Positions 23,475-35,797 of a stretch of DNA of 40,208 nt are shown here, piece by piece. The position numbers and the translations under genes were made by a program. Below the pieces are notes generated by a model. That model saw only the letters and a list, made by a program, of their open reading frames with translations, was not told the origin of the DNA and made no database searches. The number at the start of each line of letters is the position of its first letter. Position 1 is the stretch's first letter. Source of the DNA: Octopus sinensis (lineage: Eukaryota); NCBI RefSeq assembly GCF_006345805.1, contig NW_021835313.1, positions 1-40,208 on the forward strand, in the 5' to 3' direction.

Positions 23475-26400
23475 CATCATCATCATCATTGTTCGACCGT
23501 GGTCGAGACAATGGAATTTACCATGCTACGCCAGACTTCACGGTCCATCATGGCATTACGGAGGTCCTGTTGCTGGATGCTGTATCACTCATCATCATCA
23601 TCATTGTTCGACCGTGGTCGAGACAATGGAATTTACCATGCTACGCCAGACTTCACGGTCCATCATGGCATTACGGAGGTCCTGTTGCTGGATGCCTGTA
23701 TCACTCATCATCATCATTGTTCGACCGTGGTCGAGACAATGGAATTTACCATGCTACGCCAGACTTCACGGTCCATCATGGCATTACGGAGGTCCTGTTG
23801 CTGGATGCCTGTATCACTCATCATCATCATTGTTCGACCGTGGTCGAGACAATGGAATTTACCATGCTACGCCAGACTTCACGGTCCATCATGGCATTAC
23901 GGAGGTCCTGTTGCTGGATGCCTGTATCACTCATCATCATCATCATTGTTTGACCGTGGTCGAGACAATGGAATTTACCATGCTACGCCAGACTTCACGG
24001 TCCATCATGGCATTACGGAGGTCCTGTTGCTGGATGCCTGTATCACTCATCATCATCATTGTTCGACCGTGGTCGAGACATGGAATTTACCATGCTACGC
24101 AGACTTCACGGTCCATCATGGCATTACGGAGGTCCTGTTGCTGGATGCCTGTATCACTCATCATCATCATTGTTCGACCGTGGTCGAGACAATGGAATTA
24201 CCATGCTACGCCGACTTCACGGTCCATCGTGGCATTACGGAGGTCCTGTTGCTGGATGCCTGTATCACTCATCATCATCATTGTTCGACCGTGGTCGAGA
24301 CAATGGATTTACCATGCTACGCCAGACTTCACGGTCCATCATGGCATTACGGAGGTCCTGTTGCTGGATGCCTGTATCACTCATCATCATCATTGTTCGA
24401 CCGTGGTCGAGACAATGGAATTTACCATGCTACGCCAGACTTCACGGTCATCATGGCATTACGGAGGTCCTGTTGCTGGATGCCTGTATCACTCATCATC
24501 ATCATTGTTCGACCGTGGTCGAGACAATGGAATTTACCATGCTACGCCAGACTTCACGGTCCATCATGGCATTACGGAGGTCCTGTTGCTGGATGCCTGT
24601 ATCACTCATCATCATCATTGTTTGACCGTGGTCGAGACAATGGAATTTACCATGCTACGCCAGACTTCACGGTCCATCATGGCATTACGGAGGTCCTGTT
24701 GCTGGATGCCTGTATCACTCATCATCATCATTGTTCGACCGTGGTCGAGACAATGGAATTTACCATGCTACGCCGACTTCACGGCCATCATGGCATTACG
24801 GAGGTCCTGTTGCTGGATGCCTGTATCACTCATCATCATCATTGTTCGACCGTGGTCGAGACAATGGAATTTACCATGCTACGCCAGACTTCACGGTCCA
24901 TCATGGCATTACGGAGGTCCTGTTGCTGGATGCCTGTATCACTCATCATCATCATTGTTCGACCGTGGTCGAGACAATGGATTTTACCATGCTACGCCAG
25001 ACTTCACGGTCCATCATGGCATTACGGAGGTCCTGTTGCTGGATGCCTGTATCACTCATCATCATCATTGTTCGACCGTGGTCGAGACAATGGAATTTAC
25101 CATGCTACGCCAGACTTCACGGTCCATCGTGGCATTACGGAGGTCCTGTTGCTGGATGCCTGTTCACTCATCATCATCATTGTTTGACCGTGGTCGAGAC
25201 AATGGAATTTACCATGCTACGCCAGACTTCACGGTCCATCATGGCATTACGGAGGTCCTGTTGCTGGATGCCTGTATCACTCATCATCATCATCATTGTT
25301 TGACCGTGTCGAGACAATGGAATTTACCATGCTACGCCAGACTTCACGGTCCATCGTGGCATACGGAGGTCCTGTTGCTGGATGCCTGTATCACTCATCA
25401 TCATCATTGTTTGACCGTGGTCGAGACAATGGAATTTACCATGCTACGCCAGACTTCACGGTCCATCGTGGCATTACGGAGGTCCTGTTGCTGGATGCCT
25501 GTATCACTCATCATCATCATTGTTCGACCGTGGTCGAGACAATGGAATTACCATGCTACGCCAGACTTCACGGTCCATCATGGCATTACGGAGGTCCTGT
25601 TGCTGGATGCCTGTATCACTCATCATCATCATTGTTCGACCGTGGTCGAGACAATGGAATTTACCATGCTACGCCAGACTTCACGGTCCATCATGGCATT
25701 ACGGAGGTCCTGTTGCTGGATGCCTGTATCACTCATCATCATCATTGTTCGACCGTGGTCGAGACAATGGAATTTACCATGCTACGCCAGACTTCACGGT
25801 CCATCGTGGCATTACGGAGGTCCTGTTGCTGGATGCCTGTATCACTCATCATCATTGTTCGACCGTGGTCGAGACAATGGAATTTACCATGCTACGCCAG
25901 ACTTCACGGTCCATCATGGCATTACGGAGGTCCTGTTGCTGGATGCCTGTATCACTCATCATCATCATTGTTCGACCGTGGTCGAGACAATGGATTTACC
26001 ATGCTACGCCAGACTTCACGGTCCATCGTGGCATTACGGAGGTCCTGTTGCTGGATGCCTGTATCACTCATATCATCATTGTTCGACCGTGGTCGAGACA
26101 ATGGAATTTACCATGCTACGCCAGACTTCACGGTCCATCATGGCATTACGGAGGTCCTGTTGCTGGATGCCTGTATCACGATCATCATCATCATTGTTCG
26201 ACCGTGGTCGAGACAATGGAATTTACCATGCTACGCCAGACTTCACGGTCCATCATGGCATTACGGAGGTCCTGTTGCTGGATGCCTGTATCACTCATCA
26301 TCATCATGTTCGACCGTGGTCGAGACAAGGAATTTACCATGCTACGCCAGACTTCACGGTCCATCAGGCATTACGGAGGTCCTGTTGCTGGATGCCTGTA

Positions 26401-27456
26401 TCACTCATCATCCATCATTGTTCGACCGTGGTCGAGACAATGGATTTACCATGCTACGCCAGACTTCACGGTCCATCATGGCATTACGGAGGTCCTGTTG
26501 CTGGATGCCTGTACACTCATCATCATCATTGTTCGACCGTGGTCGAGACAATGGAATTTACCATGCTACGCCAGACTTCACGGTCCATCGTGGCATTACG
26601 GAGGTCCTGTTGCTGGATGCCGCTTGTATCACTAATCATCATCATTGTTCGACCGTGGTCGAGACAATGGAATTTACCATGCTACGCCAGACTTCACGGT
26701 CCATCATGGCATTACGGAGGTCCTGTTGCTGGATGCCTGTATCACTCATCATCATCATTGTTCGACCGTGGTCGAGACAATGGAATTTACCATGCTACGC
26801 CAGACTTCACGGTCCATCGTGGCATTACGGAGGTCCTGTTGCTGGATGCCTGTATCACTCATCATCATCATTGTTCGACCGTGGTCGAGACAATGGAATT
26901 TACCATGCTACGCCAGACTTCACGGTCCATCATGGCATTACGGAGGTCCTGTTGCTGGATGCCTGTATCACTCATCATCATCATTGTTCGACCGTGGTCG
27001 AGACAATGGAATTTACCATGCTACGCCAGACTTCACGGTCCATCATGGCATTACGGAGGTCCTGTTGCTGGATGCCTGTATCACTCATCATCATCATTGT
27101 TTGACCGTGGTCGAGACAATGGAATTTACCATGCTACGCCAGGACTTCACGGTCCATCATGGCATTACGGAGGTCCTGTTGCTGGATGCCTGTATCACTC
27201 ATCATCATCATTGTTTGACCGTGGTCGAGACAATGGAATTTACCATGCTACGCCAGACTTCACGGTCCATCATGGCATTACGGAGGTCCTGTTGCTGGAT
27301 GCCTGTATCCCTGGAGATTACATCAGGGTAGGAGAGTGTGCGCCCTCTGGTATAGCGAGTAGATGGCTTCCAGAGGAGAAGAGTAGAAATTACCTCTTTT
27401 TCAGCCCTACAACAATGTCCAGCAAACTGGACTCTCCTACCTTTCACAAGAGATGA
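23472..27456 (-). mobile_element. 5'-truncated RTE-clade LINE whose terminal 113 bp are tandemly amplified about 34 times
   Basis: Minus strand 27456-27208 encodes SSLVKGRRVQFAGHCCRAEKEVISTLLLWKP..YPDVISRDTGIQQQDLRNAMMDREVWRSMVNSIVSTTVKQ* followed by a (TGA)n tail (RTE-like ORF C-terminus). Period is 113 bp (e.g. 23606, 23719, 23832). TSD CCACCAT at 23468-23474 and 27457-27463. Confidence 0.85.
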
Positions 27457-27520
27457 CCACCATACAACCGCTTTCGCCATGGCCACCTGGAAAATAAAGG
27501 CAGCCTGCCCTTCCAGGCAG
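27457..27520 (-). mobile_element. Right half of the split L1/Tx1-like LINE fragment (LEGQAAFIFQVAMAKAVVWW)
   Basis: In-frame continuation into 23474 across the CCACCAT TSD. Confidence 0.6.
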
Positions 27521-28274
27521 AGAAAAAGGATGAAGACGACGACTGCGGCGGCAACGACGTGTGTTAATTTATAATATACACACAGGACGATACATTTTCA
27601 GTGAGATTAGGTATGTAATTAGTTATAAAGACGAGGATGAAATACTGTTTGCACGTTCAAAAAGAAATCAGTGCCTTACACCATTACATCTTCACCACAA
27701 TCTGTAACGATCACAACAGCAACAGCAGCAGCCACAGTAACAGTGTACACGGAGACCAAAGCAAATTGAAACCGTATGGACAGAAACTAAAATATAACGG
27801 CAGCAATCAGAGGAACAGAAAGAATACGAAGAAAAAAACTATTGCAATAATTATAAATGATATCGACCATGCAGTCACCTGCAGAAGGAAAGACAACAAC
27901 AACGACGACCATAATGACAACAACAACAACAACAACGACGACAACGACAACGACAACGACAACGAAACGTCGATAACAATTACAGGTGTAAAAGCAAATC
28001 AACAAAAATAACACGAGTAATGACTTCAGTAACAATAACACTGAAAACGAGTGGAAAACAAAATTTTAAAAAAACATCAGTAGTAAAACATTTATAGTAG
28101 CAATATAAATAATAACAACGATAAAGCTACAATAATATCTACAATAATAACAGCGCGGAATAAAACACTATTAATAATAACAACATTAGTATCAAGAAGA
28201 ATATTATCGACTACAACAGCAGCAATAACGAACAAACCCAACACACATATCTATACGCACATATACACACATAT

Positions 28275-28506
28275 TCTTTTATTGTTTTATTCTTGTATTT
28301 GTTTCAGTCATTTGAATGCAGTCATGCAGTCAAATGGACCCCAGGACTTATTCTTTGTAAGCCTAGTTCTTATTCTATAGGTCTCTTTTACCGAACCACT
28401 AATTTACGGGAACGTAAACATATCGGTTGTCAAGCGATGGGGAGGGGGGGGATAAGCACAAACACACACAAACACACGTATGTATGTATGTATGTATGTA
28501 TGTATG

Positions 28507-28547
<41 letters not shown>

Positions 28548-28695
28548 GACGGGCTTCTTTCAGTTTCCGTCTACCAAATCCACTCACAAGGCTTTGGTCG
28601 GCCCGAGACTATAGTGGAAGTCATTTGCCCAAGGTGCAACTCGGAACCATGTGGTTGGTACACAAGCTACTTACCACATAGCCACTCCTGCACCT
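28275..28695 (-). mobile_element. tRNA-derived SINE family A
   Basis: Family A body and head (gccactcctgcacct at the plus-strand end). Confidence 0.75.
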
Positions 28696-28840
28696 ATACA
28701 TACACATTTATATATATGCCTATATATACCTATATACATATGTACACACACACACACACACATATACATAGATATATAGATACATACATATATACATATA
28801 AGTATATATATATATATATACGTATATATATGTGTGTACG

Positions 28841-28872
<32 letters not shown>

Positions 28873-29699
28873 TACATAGATATATAGATACATACATATA
28901 TACATACATATATACATACATATATACATGCATATATACATATACGTATATATATGTACATATAAATACGTACATATATATATGTACGTATATATATATA
29001 TTTATATATATATATGTACACACACATATATGTATATGTGTGTGTATGTGTGTGTGTGTGTGTGCGTGTGTGTGTGTGTAATTATGAAAACAAAAAACCG
29101 ATAGCAATAAATGTTTGAATCAATGACGGAAATAAAAAGTGTTGTGACCGGAAGTCGTCTGTGGAAAATGTTGTCCTCTATAATGGCCGAATGTAACGCG
29201 ATACGTCAGTTTGACATGGTTTAGCTGGGCGTGACGAATAGCCATCAGATTCAGAGCAGCGACCACCACAAGGGACTAATATGGCGACTGGTGGAGTTAG
29301 TAAGTGGTGGTTGTGGTGGTGGTGGTGGTGGTGGTGGTGAGAATTATGAGAGGAATTATGAAGAGAATTGAGTAGCATTGTGTGGAGTTGGGAAAGGGTG
29401 GCGGTGAAAGGATGAAATCTCGGTCTGAGCTATTTCTGATGATGTTTGGGATGAAAATGTTAATGATGATGGCGATAACTGCAGCAATAATTATGAAGAT
29501 GATGTAGATGGTGATGATGATATCAGATATGATGATGACTATGGTAGTGGTGGTGATGATGATGATGATGATGATGAAGATGATTGTAACAACAATTATT
29601 CAGATGACGGGGATGATGATACACAAGACAGAGGAGCATAATGTTAGAGTTATTTCTGTGAGTAAATAGAAGACAAGTTTATTTTCTAAACTCCCTCAC

Positions 29700-29820
29700 T
29701 ACATCCTCTCTCTTTTTCTTTTCATTACTATCTCTCTCTATATATATATATATATGTGTGTGTGTGTGCGTATGTGTATATGTATGTATATATGAATGTA
29801 TGTATATGTATATATAATAC

Positions 29821-29853
<33 letters not shown>

Positions 29854-29855
29854 TG

Positions 29856-29892
<37 letters not shown>

Positions 29893-30009
29893 CAACAACA
29901 ACAACAACAACAACAATAATAATAATATAATAATAATAATAACAATAATAATAATAATAACAACAACAACAACAACAATAATAATAATAATAATAATAAC
30001 AATAATAAC

Positions 30010-30067
<58 letters not shown>

Positions 30068-30070
30068 TAT
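29700..30070. repeat. Compound microsatellite (TA/TG, AAT, AAC); representative of many such tracts in the window
   Basis: Direct reading. Similar tracts occur at 1340-1550, 4767-4840, 10000-10100, 10361-10460, 11815-11890, 12120-12250, 15370-15455, 17080-17255, 20290-20500, 22750-22980, 28690-29080, 30500-30890, 33000-33120 and 34380-34590. Confidence 0.95.
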
Positions 30071-30496
30071 GCCTATATGGGTACAGGACGTCACCAACGG
30101 TGCAAACTACATGAAATACGTAAAAAAACGAGTTAAATACGTAAACAACGAGAGAGAAAAACCTGGAAAACAGGATAAGTAAACACAGAGAAAGGACCAT
30201 TCATCAGTTGTTGGCTTTCTATCTACTCCTTATTTCGAGCATTCAACAACAATAAGTTTTCAAAGACAGTTTCTTCCATAAATTCTAAAATAAAATTTAG
30301 GATTTATGGAGGGTCAAAGTTGGGAACAAAATAGGACAGTGCAGACGTGGAGGGTCTTAAAACCAGAACGAGAGGAAAATAGTGAACGCTGGAAGAAATA
30401 TTTTCCTTGGAAAAAGAAAAGATAGAAGAGAGACAAAAACACACGTCCAGTCTTTTGATTGTCCGTGCAAGAAAAAAAGATGATCACGTGAGGAAA

Positions 30497-30567
<71 letters not shown>

Positions 30568-30819
30568 CATGTACATGTATATATATGCACACATATATAC
30601 ATACATGCATACATACATACATTCATACATTCATACATACATGCATGCATACATACATATATTTATATATACATGCATACATGCATACATACATACATAC
30701 ATTTATATATACATACATAACAACATATATGTATACATGTATACATCCATACATACATACGCAACCTATCAATACGACGTGAGTGAATTTCGTTGGCGTA
30801 AACTATGTAGAAGCCCATC

Positions 30820-30886
<67 letters not shown>

Positions 30887-31284
30887 CGTGCTCAAGTCAC
30901 TAAGCCTGTTTTTATGTGGAATGTAGACATCGTTTCAAGAATCATTTTTCTGGCAAATAGAGAAGCAAATACCAGAGTTGAAAATAAGCACTGGGGTGGA
31001 TAACATCAGCCACAATATGCCCAGGCATGGCCGCCGGCCGATGACTGAAACAAATAAAAGGGTAGTCTGGAAGATGAAAGTCGATTTTGACGGAAACTGA
31101 CAACAGAACTCAAAGGCAGCAATAAATATCGCAAAAAGCATCTTACCAACTGATATAGCTCTCCTACCAGTTCGTTTCCAAACTCCGAATTCTTTGATTC
31201 TAATAAAGGCTCAAAGTCACAAATTTATTTTGATGGGCATAGTTTTAATTAAATATTGTTAATTAGACCTCAGTATACACATGC

Positions 31285-32023
31285 AACTCAACTTGATTTC
31301 GAGCCGGGTCGTCTGCTGCTGGAGAGGACCGATCAGGTAAAGGACCTGGGTATCTTGGTGGATTCCTCCTTTTCGCCTTCGGCCCAGTGCGTCCATGCTG
31401 CCAACAAAGCACGCGGAATTCTGTTCTTGATTCGACGGTCATTCGGAATGCTCACAGCAGCCATATTCCTACCGCTCTATGTCACGCTGGTGAGACCCAT
31501 ATTGGAGTACGGGATTCAAGCCTCTTCTCCTTATTTCCTCAAAGACGTACAGCATCTCGAAAGAGTCCAGAAGCTGGCTACCCGCATGGTTATGGTCTCA
31601 AGAATTTGTCTTATAAAGAAAGGCTGAAGACGCTCGACCTTTATTCTCTAGAAAAACGCCGCCGCCGTGGTGATCTCATTCTCGCTCACAACATCATAAG
31701 CGGAAAGTGTAAACTCTCGAAAGAGCTGTTCTTCACTCCTGCTCCAGAGCGTCGGCTGCGGGGTCATTCCGAAAAGCTCTACCTGCGACGATTTCATCTC
31801 AATCGAAGGAGAGGAGCTTTCTCCGTCCGGGTTGCGGATCCGTGGAACAAGCTGCCAGACGAGATGGTGAAGATGCCGACGACTGCTCGGTTCAAAATCT
31901 CTCTTAACCAGAAATGGCCTGAACTCTTTGCATGAACACCCTCCCTGTACTTAACTCCATGTCACCCTACATGGCCTTGCTTTTTGCTTTTTAAGCCAAA
32001 AATTAACTAACTAACTAACTAAC
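31285..32023 (+). mobile_element. 5'-truncated CR1-clade LINE 3' end with (TAAC)n tail
   Basis: VKDLGILVD..AANKARGIL..LYVTLVRPILEY..LERVQKLATRM | GLKNLSYKERLKTLDLYSLEKRRRRGDLI..RGHSEKL..FSVRVADPWNKLP is the CR1 RT C-terminus. One 1-nt frameshift near 31591; tail at 32004-32023. Confidence 0.9.
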
Positions 32024-32177
32024 ATGCTTCTTTCTTAGCTTTGGAATATTAAAAGGCAAAACAACCACGTCAGGCTTTGAAATAATAAAATAAAGGGAGA
32101 TAATTTAATTCTGAATAATCTGGTGATAATCTGATTTTGCAAAATCATTGTAATATAGAATGAAGAAAAGAACTTAC

Positions 32178-32387
32178 CCGGGAGTGTACCATAGCGGTTT
32201 GCCAGATTGAGAGAGAAGGTGGTTCTGTGGAACTGTGGAGTGGGTTTCTCAATACGGATTGGCGAAGGCGGACCACTGGACAATGCCAATGGACTGTTTG
32301 CGCTGGATGAAGAGCATGATGGCTCACTTTCTGCTTCAGGTGGTGTAGCCGGGGGAATAGCTGCGGCAGTGAATACAATACCATTTT
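32178..32387 (-). CDS. sens/Gfi1: Probable upstream exon of the Senseless/Gfi-1-like gene (xNGIVFTAAAIPPATPPEAESEPSCSSSSANSPLALSSGPPSPIRIEKPTPQFHRTTFSLNLANRYGTLP)
   Basis: Unique GC-richer island. Acceptor atatatgtttcag| at 32388/32387 and donor CCGG|GTAAGT at 32178/32177. Its phase-1 end joins the phase-1 acceptor at 9361 (G|TT = Val) in frame. Pro/Ser-rich composition is typical of TF N-termini. No transcript evidence is available. Confidence 0.6.
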
Positions 32388-32664
32388 CTGAAACATATAT
32401 AAATATATATGAGAATATATATGAGAAGTGTGCATGTATGTGTGTGAGCATATATATATATATATAGTTAATCCAAACAAGAAAACACAAAAAAAAAAAC
32501 ACAACAACGCGAGGACGTGGAACAAATAAAGTATTATTGGACGCTCAGGAAAGAAGGGAAGAAGGAGGGTTTAACGTTTCGAGCGGAGCTCTTCGTCGGA
32601 AACAGGAGAAGGAAAGATCCCGAGAAGGGAAGGCAGAGGGGAAAAAATCGCCAGTGGTACTCAC

Positions 32665-32760
32665 GAGGTCACATATTGAAAAAATATATATATATATAAT
32701 AATAAATCTTATATATAAAGAACGTGAAATTCACGATTTGACAAACACGGAAAAACGGAC
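32665..32760 (-). other. Candidate 5' exon (left boundary fixed by donor, right boundary unknown)
   Basis: Strong donor ACCTC|GTGAGT at 32665/32664, about 280 bp upstream of the 32387 acceptor. It is preceded by ATG TGA CCT C (32674-32665), in phase with the downstream exon. Confidence 0.35.
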
Positions 32761-32999
32761 AGTAATTCAGAGCCTTCATTCTTCAGTCAGAAACCGATTC
32801 ATCATGGCAAATTTCGGCTGTTTAATTCTGAGATTTGCTCCGAAAAGGCCAGCCCCAAGGAAAAGCTAAGCTTGGATTTGCTTGGTAGAAGGAAAGAATG
32901 TGACAACCGAGACGAATAGGAAAACAAGAGACGAAGATAAAATTGGAAACAGTAACGAATAAAAACAGGAATGATACGGGGGTGTCTTACGACTTTGAG

Positions 33000-33033
<34 letters not shown>

Positions 33034-33035
33034 TT

Positions 33036-33120
<85 letters not shown>

Positions 33121-33121
<1 letters not shown>

Positions 33122-33263
33122 ATGTAGGATAAAAATTTTTTTCGAAGAAAAAAATTTTATCAATGGCCGGCATATTAAAAAATACCTTTAAAGGTTAAAT
33201 TTATAGACAACTTATAAATAAGGGTAAACGAAATTTTTTGGTTTGCCCTTATTTATAAGTTGT
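33121..33263. mobile_element. Second member of the (TA)n-embedded foldback family
   Basis: 85-bp segment similar to the reverse complement of 6901-6985, followed by a 23-bp IR 33207-33229 / 33241-33263. Flanked by (TA)n on both sides. Confidence 0.65.
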
Positions 33264-33264
33264 T

Positions 33265-33299
<35 letters not shown>

Positions 33300-34429
33300 G
33301 CATGCATACATAATCCTTAGTTACATGTAAGCATACATAAATCATTTCTGCATAGATGCATATAAACACACATATACATGCATGCATATATTCATGCGTG
33401 TATATTCTTTATCATCATTATGAATTACCATTTACACCGATAATTATTGGTGTACTTGGCTATTTTTAAGATTCAAGTGACAACCTGGAAAAGATGTGTT
33501 CTTCAAAGAAAGCAGCCAGCTAACACGTATTTCACAAATAAAAAAAAATGTAAGTGGAACAGTAAAAGTATGCAATGCTTTTCTAACGTTCATCGCTTAA
33601 TATCTAATTGTATTTTTTATTCCTATTACAACGATGTATTTTGTTTCTTAAAAACCAGCTCCTTCCTCATAAGAAGATACAAATAATTTTTAAAAAAAAC
33701 TATAAAGGTACATACACTACCGTCAGAAATTAATTAGCACCCTTGATTTGCTCTTCACTCAAGGTATGTGCTGTCACCTAGTGGCCATATCTCGAACTAT
33801 TGCTTTGTTGCGAGTTCACTGTTGCGCAGAACGATGACGTAACTTTGTTTGCAGAGCAGTTTGAGAGTCTACAGCCTTATGATGTTGACATAGCAGTGCA
33901 ACAAATTGGAGTGCGGATGCAGACAAATCTTCCTTTGTTTAATAGATATAGGTAGCGCCTCGCAAGGACCGAAATCACACCATACTAAGTTTTCTCATCG
34001 CGTAAGACGTTTTGAACAGCTCATAGGTTAATTGATTTAACCTATTTAATGTAGAAATTTGAGAAGTGCTAATTAATTTCTGACGCAAGTGTACATACAA
34101 ACTCCATCTCTCTCTCTCTCTCTCTCTCCACACACACATACACACACAAACAAACATACAAATACACACAAATATATATAAGAATTTTATAAATTTTTGA
34201 GGGAACGTGAAATAATTCAGCTTAGAGATGTTTTACTCTCGAGGCACATCACACAAAACTGTAAATAATAGCATGCAAATATTAAGCAGCGTTCGACATT
34301 TTCAATTCAAAAAGGTTATTTAATACAAGACTTGCATGCTATTTGCAGTTTTATGTTTTGTACCTCGAGTACCAGTGTATACATACATAAATACATACAT
34401 ACATACATACATACATATATGTATACATT

Positions 34430-34460
<31 letters not shown>

Positions 34461-34483
34461 ATAGGCTTATGTATGTATATTTA

Positions 34484-34548
<65 letters not shown>

Positions 34549-34552
34549 ATAT

Positions 34553-34583
<31 letters not shown>

Positions 34584-35394
34584 GCATACATGCGCACACA
34601 CAATACAGACGTATGCAAGCGCGCATACTCACAAGCAGATATACATATGTACAGGATTTCCTCTTCCACGCCCCCCCCACACACACACACACTCGCTCAC
34701 ACGCGTTCGCATATGATGTCAATTATCTGGCTGCGCTAATTAACGGCTTAGGTTGGTTCCTTGTCGGATTGCTATCATGTAATGATGCACCATCAACGAT
34801 TAGACGATAGCCGCGGAGGGGGCTGCTGTCAGGCGGTGCAATATGGATATGTGGCATGTGGGTATTGAGATTATGTATGTGTGCTGAGGTGAGGGCTAGT
34901 GACTGTCGTGTGTGTGTGTGTGTGCTGGCTGTATTGATGGACCCTGTTTAAGTAGACAGATGGCAGGTTGACAAACGTGTGACAGTGAGTAGAAAGGGTA
35001 TAGAGAGAATGGAAAGACAGAATGACTGAAAAGAATGAGAAAGAAAAGAGGAGAGTAAAGGAGACGCATTGGGAGAAAGAAGTCAGAGCATTCATAATCA
35101 CTCTCTTTCTCTCTTCCTCACTCTATCTCCATCCCTCTCTCTCTCTCCTTCACAAAGATGTTTATATGTGCAAACACATTAACGCGAACCAGAAGAGTTC
35201 TCAGCGCTAGAAGTATAGTGAAGTCGTATACGTAAGCTGAAAACTTCATAAGTCATTACTCCAAATATCATGGCTCCGCTCTCCAGACGAAACAATACAA
35301 CATCAGAAAGATATTTTTAAGATTCAATCAAAACAAATATTGCCTGACCACTGACTGAATGAAGCTTGCCCAGAGGTTTGTTAGATAAATTGTA

Positions 35395-35797
35395 TACTCT
35401 TTTACTCTTTTACTTGTTTCAGTCATTTGACTGCGGTCATGCTGGAGCACCGCCTTTAATCGAGCAACTCGACCCCGGGACTTATTCTTTTGTAAGCCCA
35501 GTACTTATTCTATCGGTCTCTTTTTGCCGAACCGCGAAGTAACGGGGACATAAACACACCAGCATCGGTTGTCAAGCAATGCTAGGGGGACAAACACAGA
35601 CGCACAAACACACACGCATATATATATATACATATATATACGACGGGCTTCTTTCAGTTTCCGTCTACCAAATCCACTCACAAGGCATTGGTCGGCCCGA
35701 GGCTATAGTAGAAGACACTTGCCCAAGGTGCCACGCAGTGGGACTGAACCCGGAACCATGTGGTTGGTAAACTAGCTACTTACCACACAGCCGCTCC
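35395..35797 (-). mobile_element. tRNA-derived SINE family A, full length
   Basis: Minus-strand A box ggctgtgtggtaag, B box ggttcagtccc, core ggcaccttgggcaagtgtcttctac, internal (TA/TG)n and (aaagagta)n tail. Confidence 0.85.

Noticed and set aside
23472-27310. CRISPR-like array (palindromic repeat at regular spacing)
   Set aside because: The sequence between hairpins is identical in every unit (no unique spacers), there are no cas genes, the host is eukaryotic, and the unit is LINE-derived.
23403-27456. Very long plus-strand ORFs (594, 1280, 602 aa) suggesting a repetitive protein
   Set aside because: They come from the antisense strand of a 113-bp tandem repeat that happens to lack stops. 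Frames cycle with every unit and every indel, and the real coding sense is the minus-strand RTE C-terminus.
28293-30782. Numerous 60-260 aa ORFs rich in Y/I/M/C/V/H/T or polyL/I/N
   Set aside because: Translations of microsatellites and SINEs. The same holds for similar ORFs elsewhere in the window.
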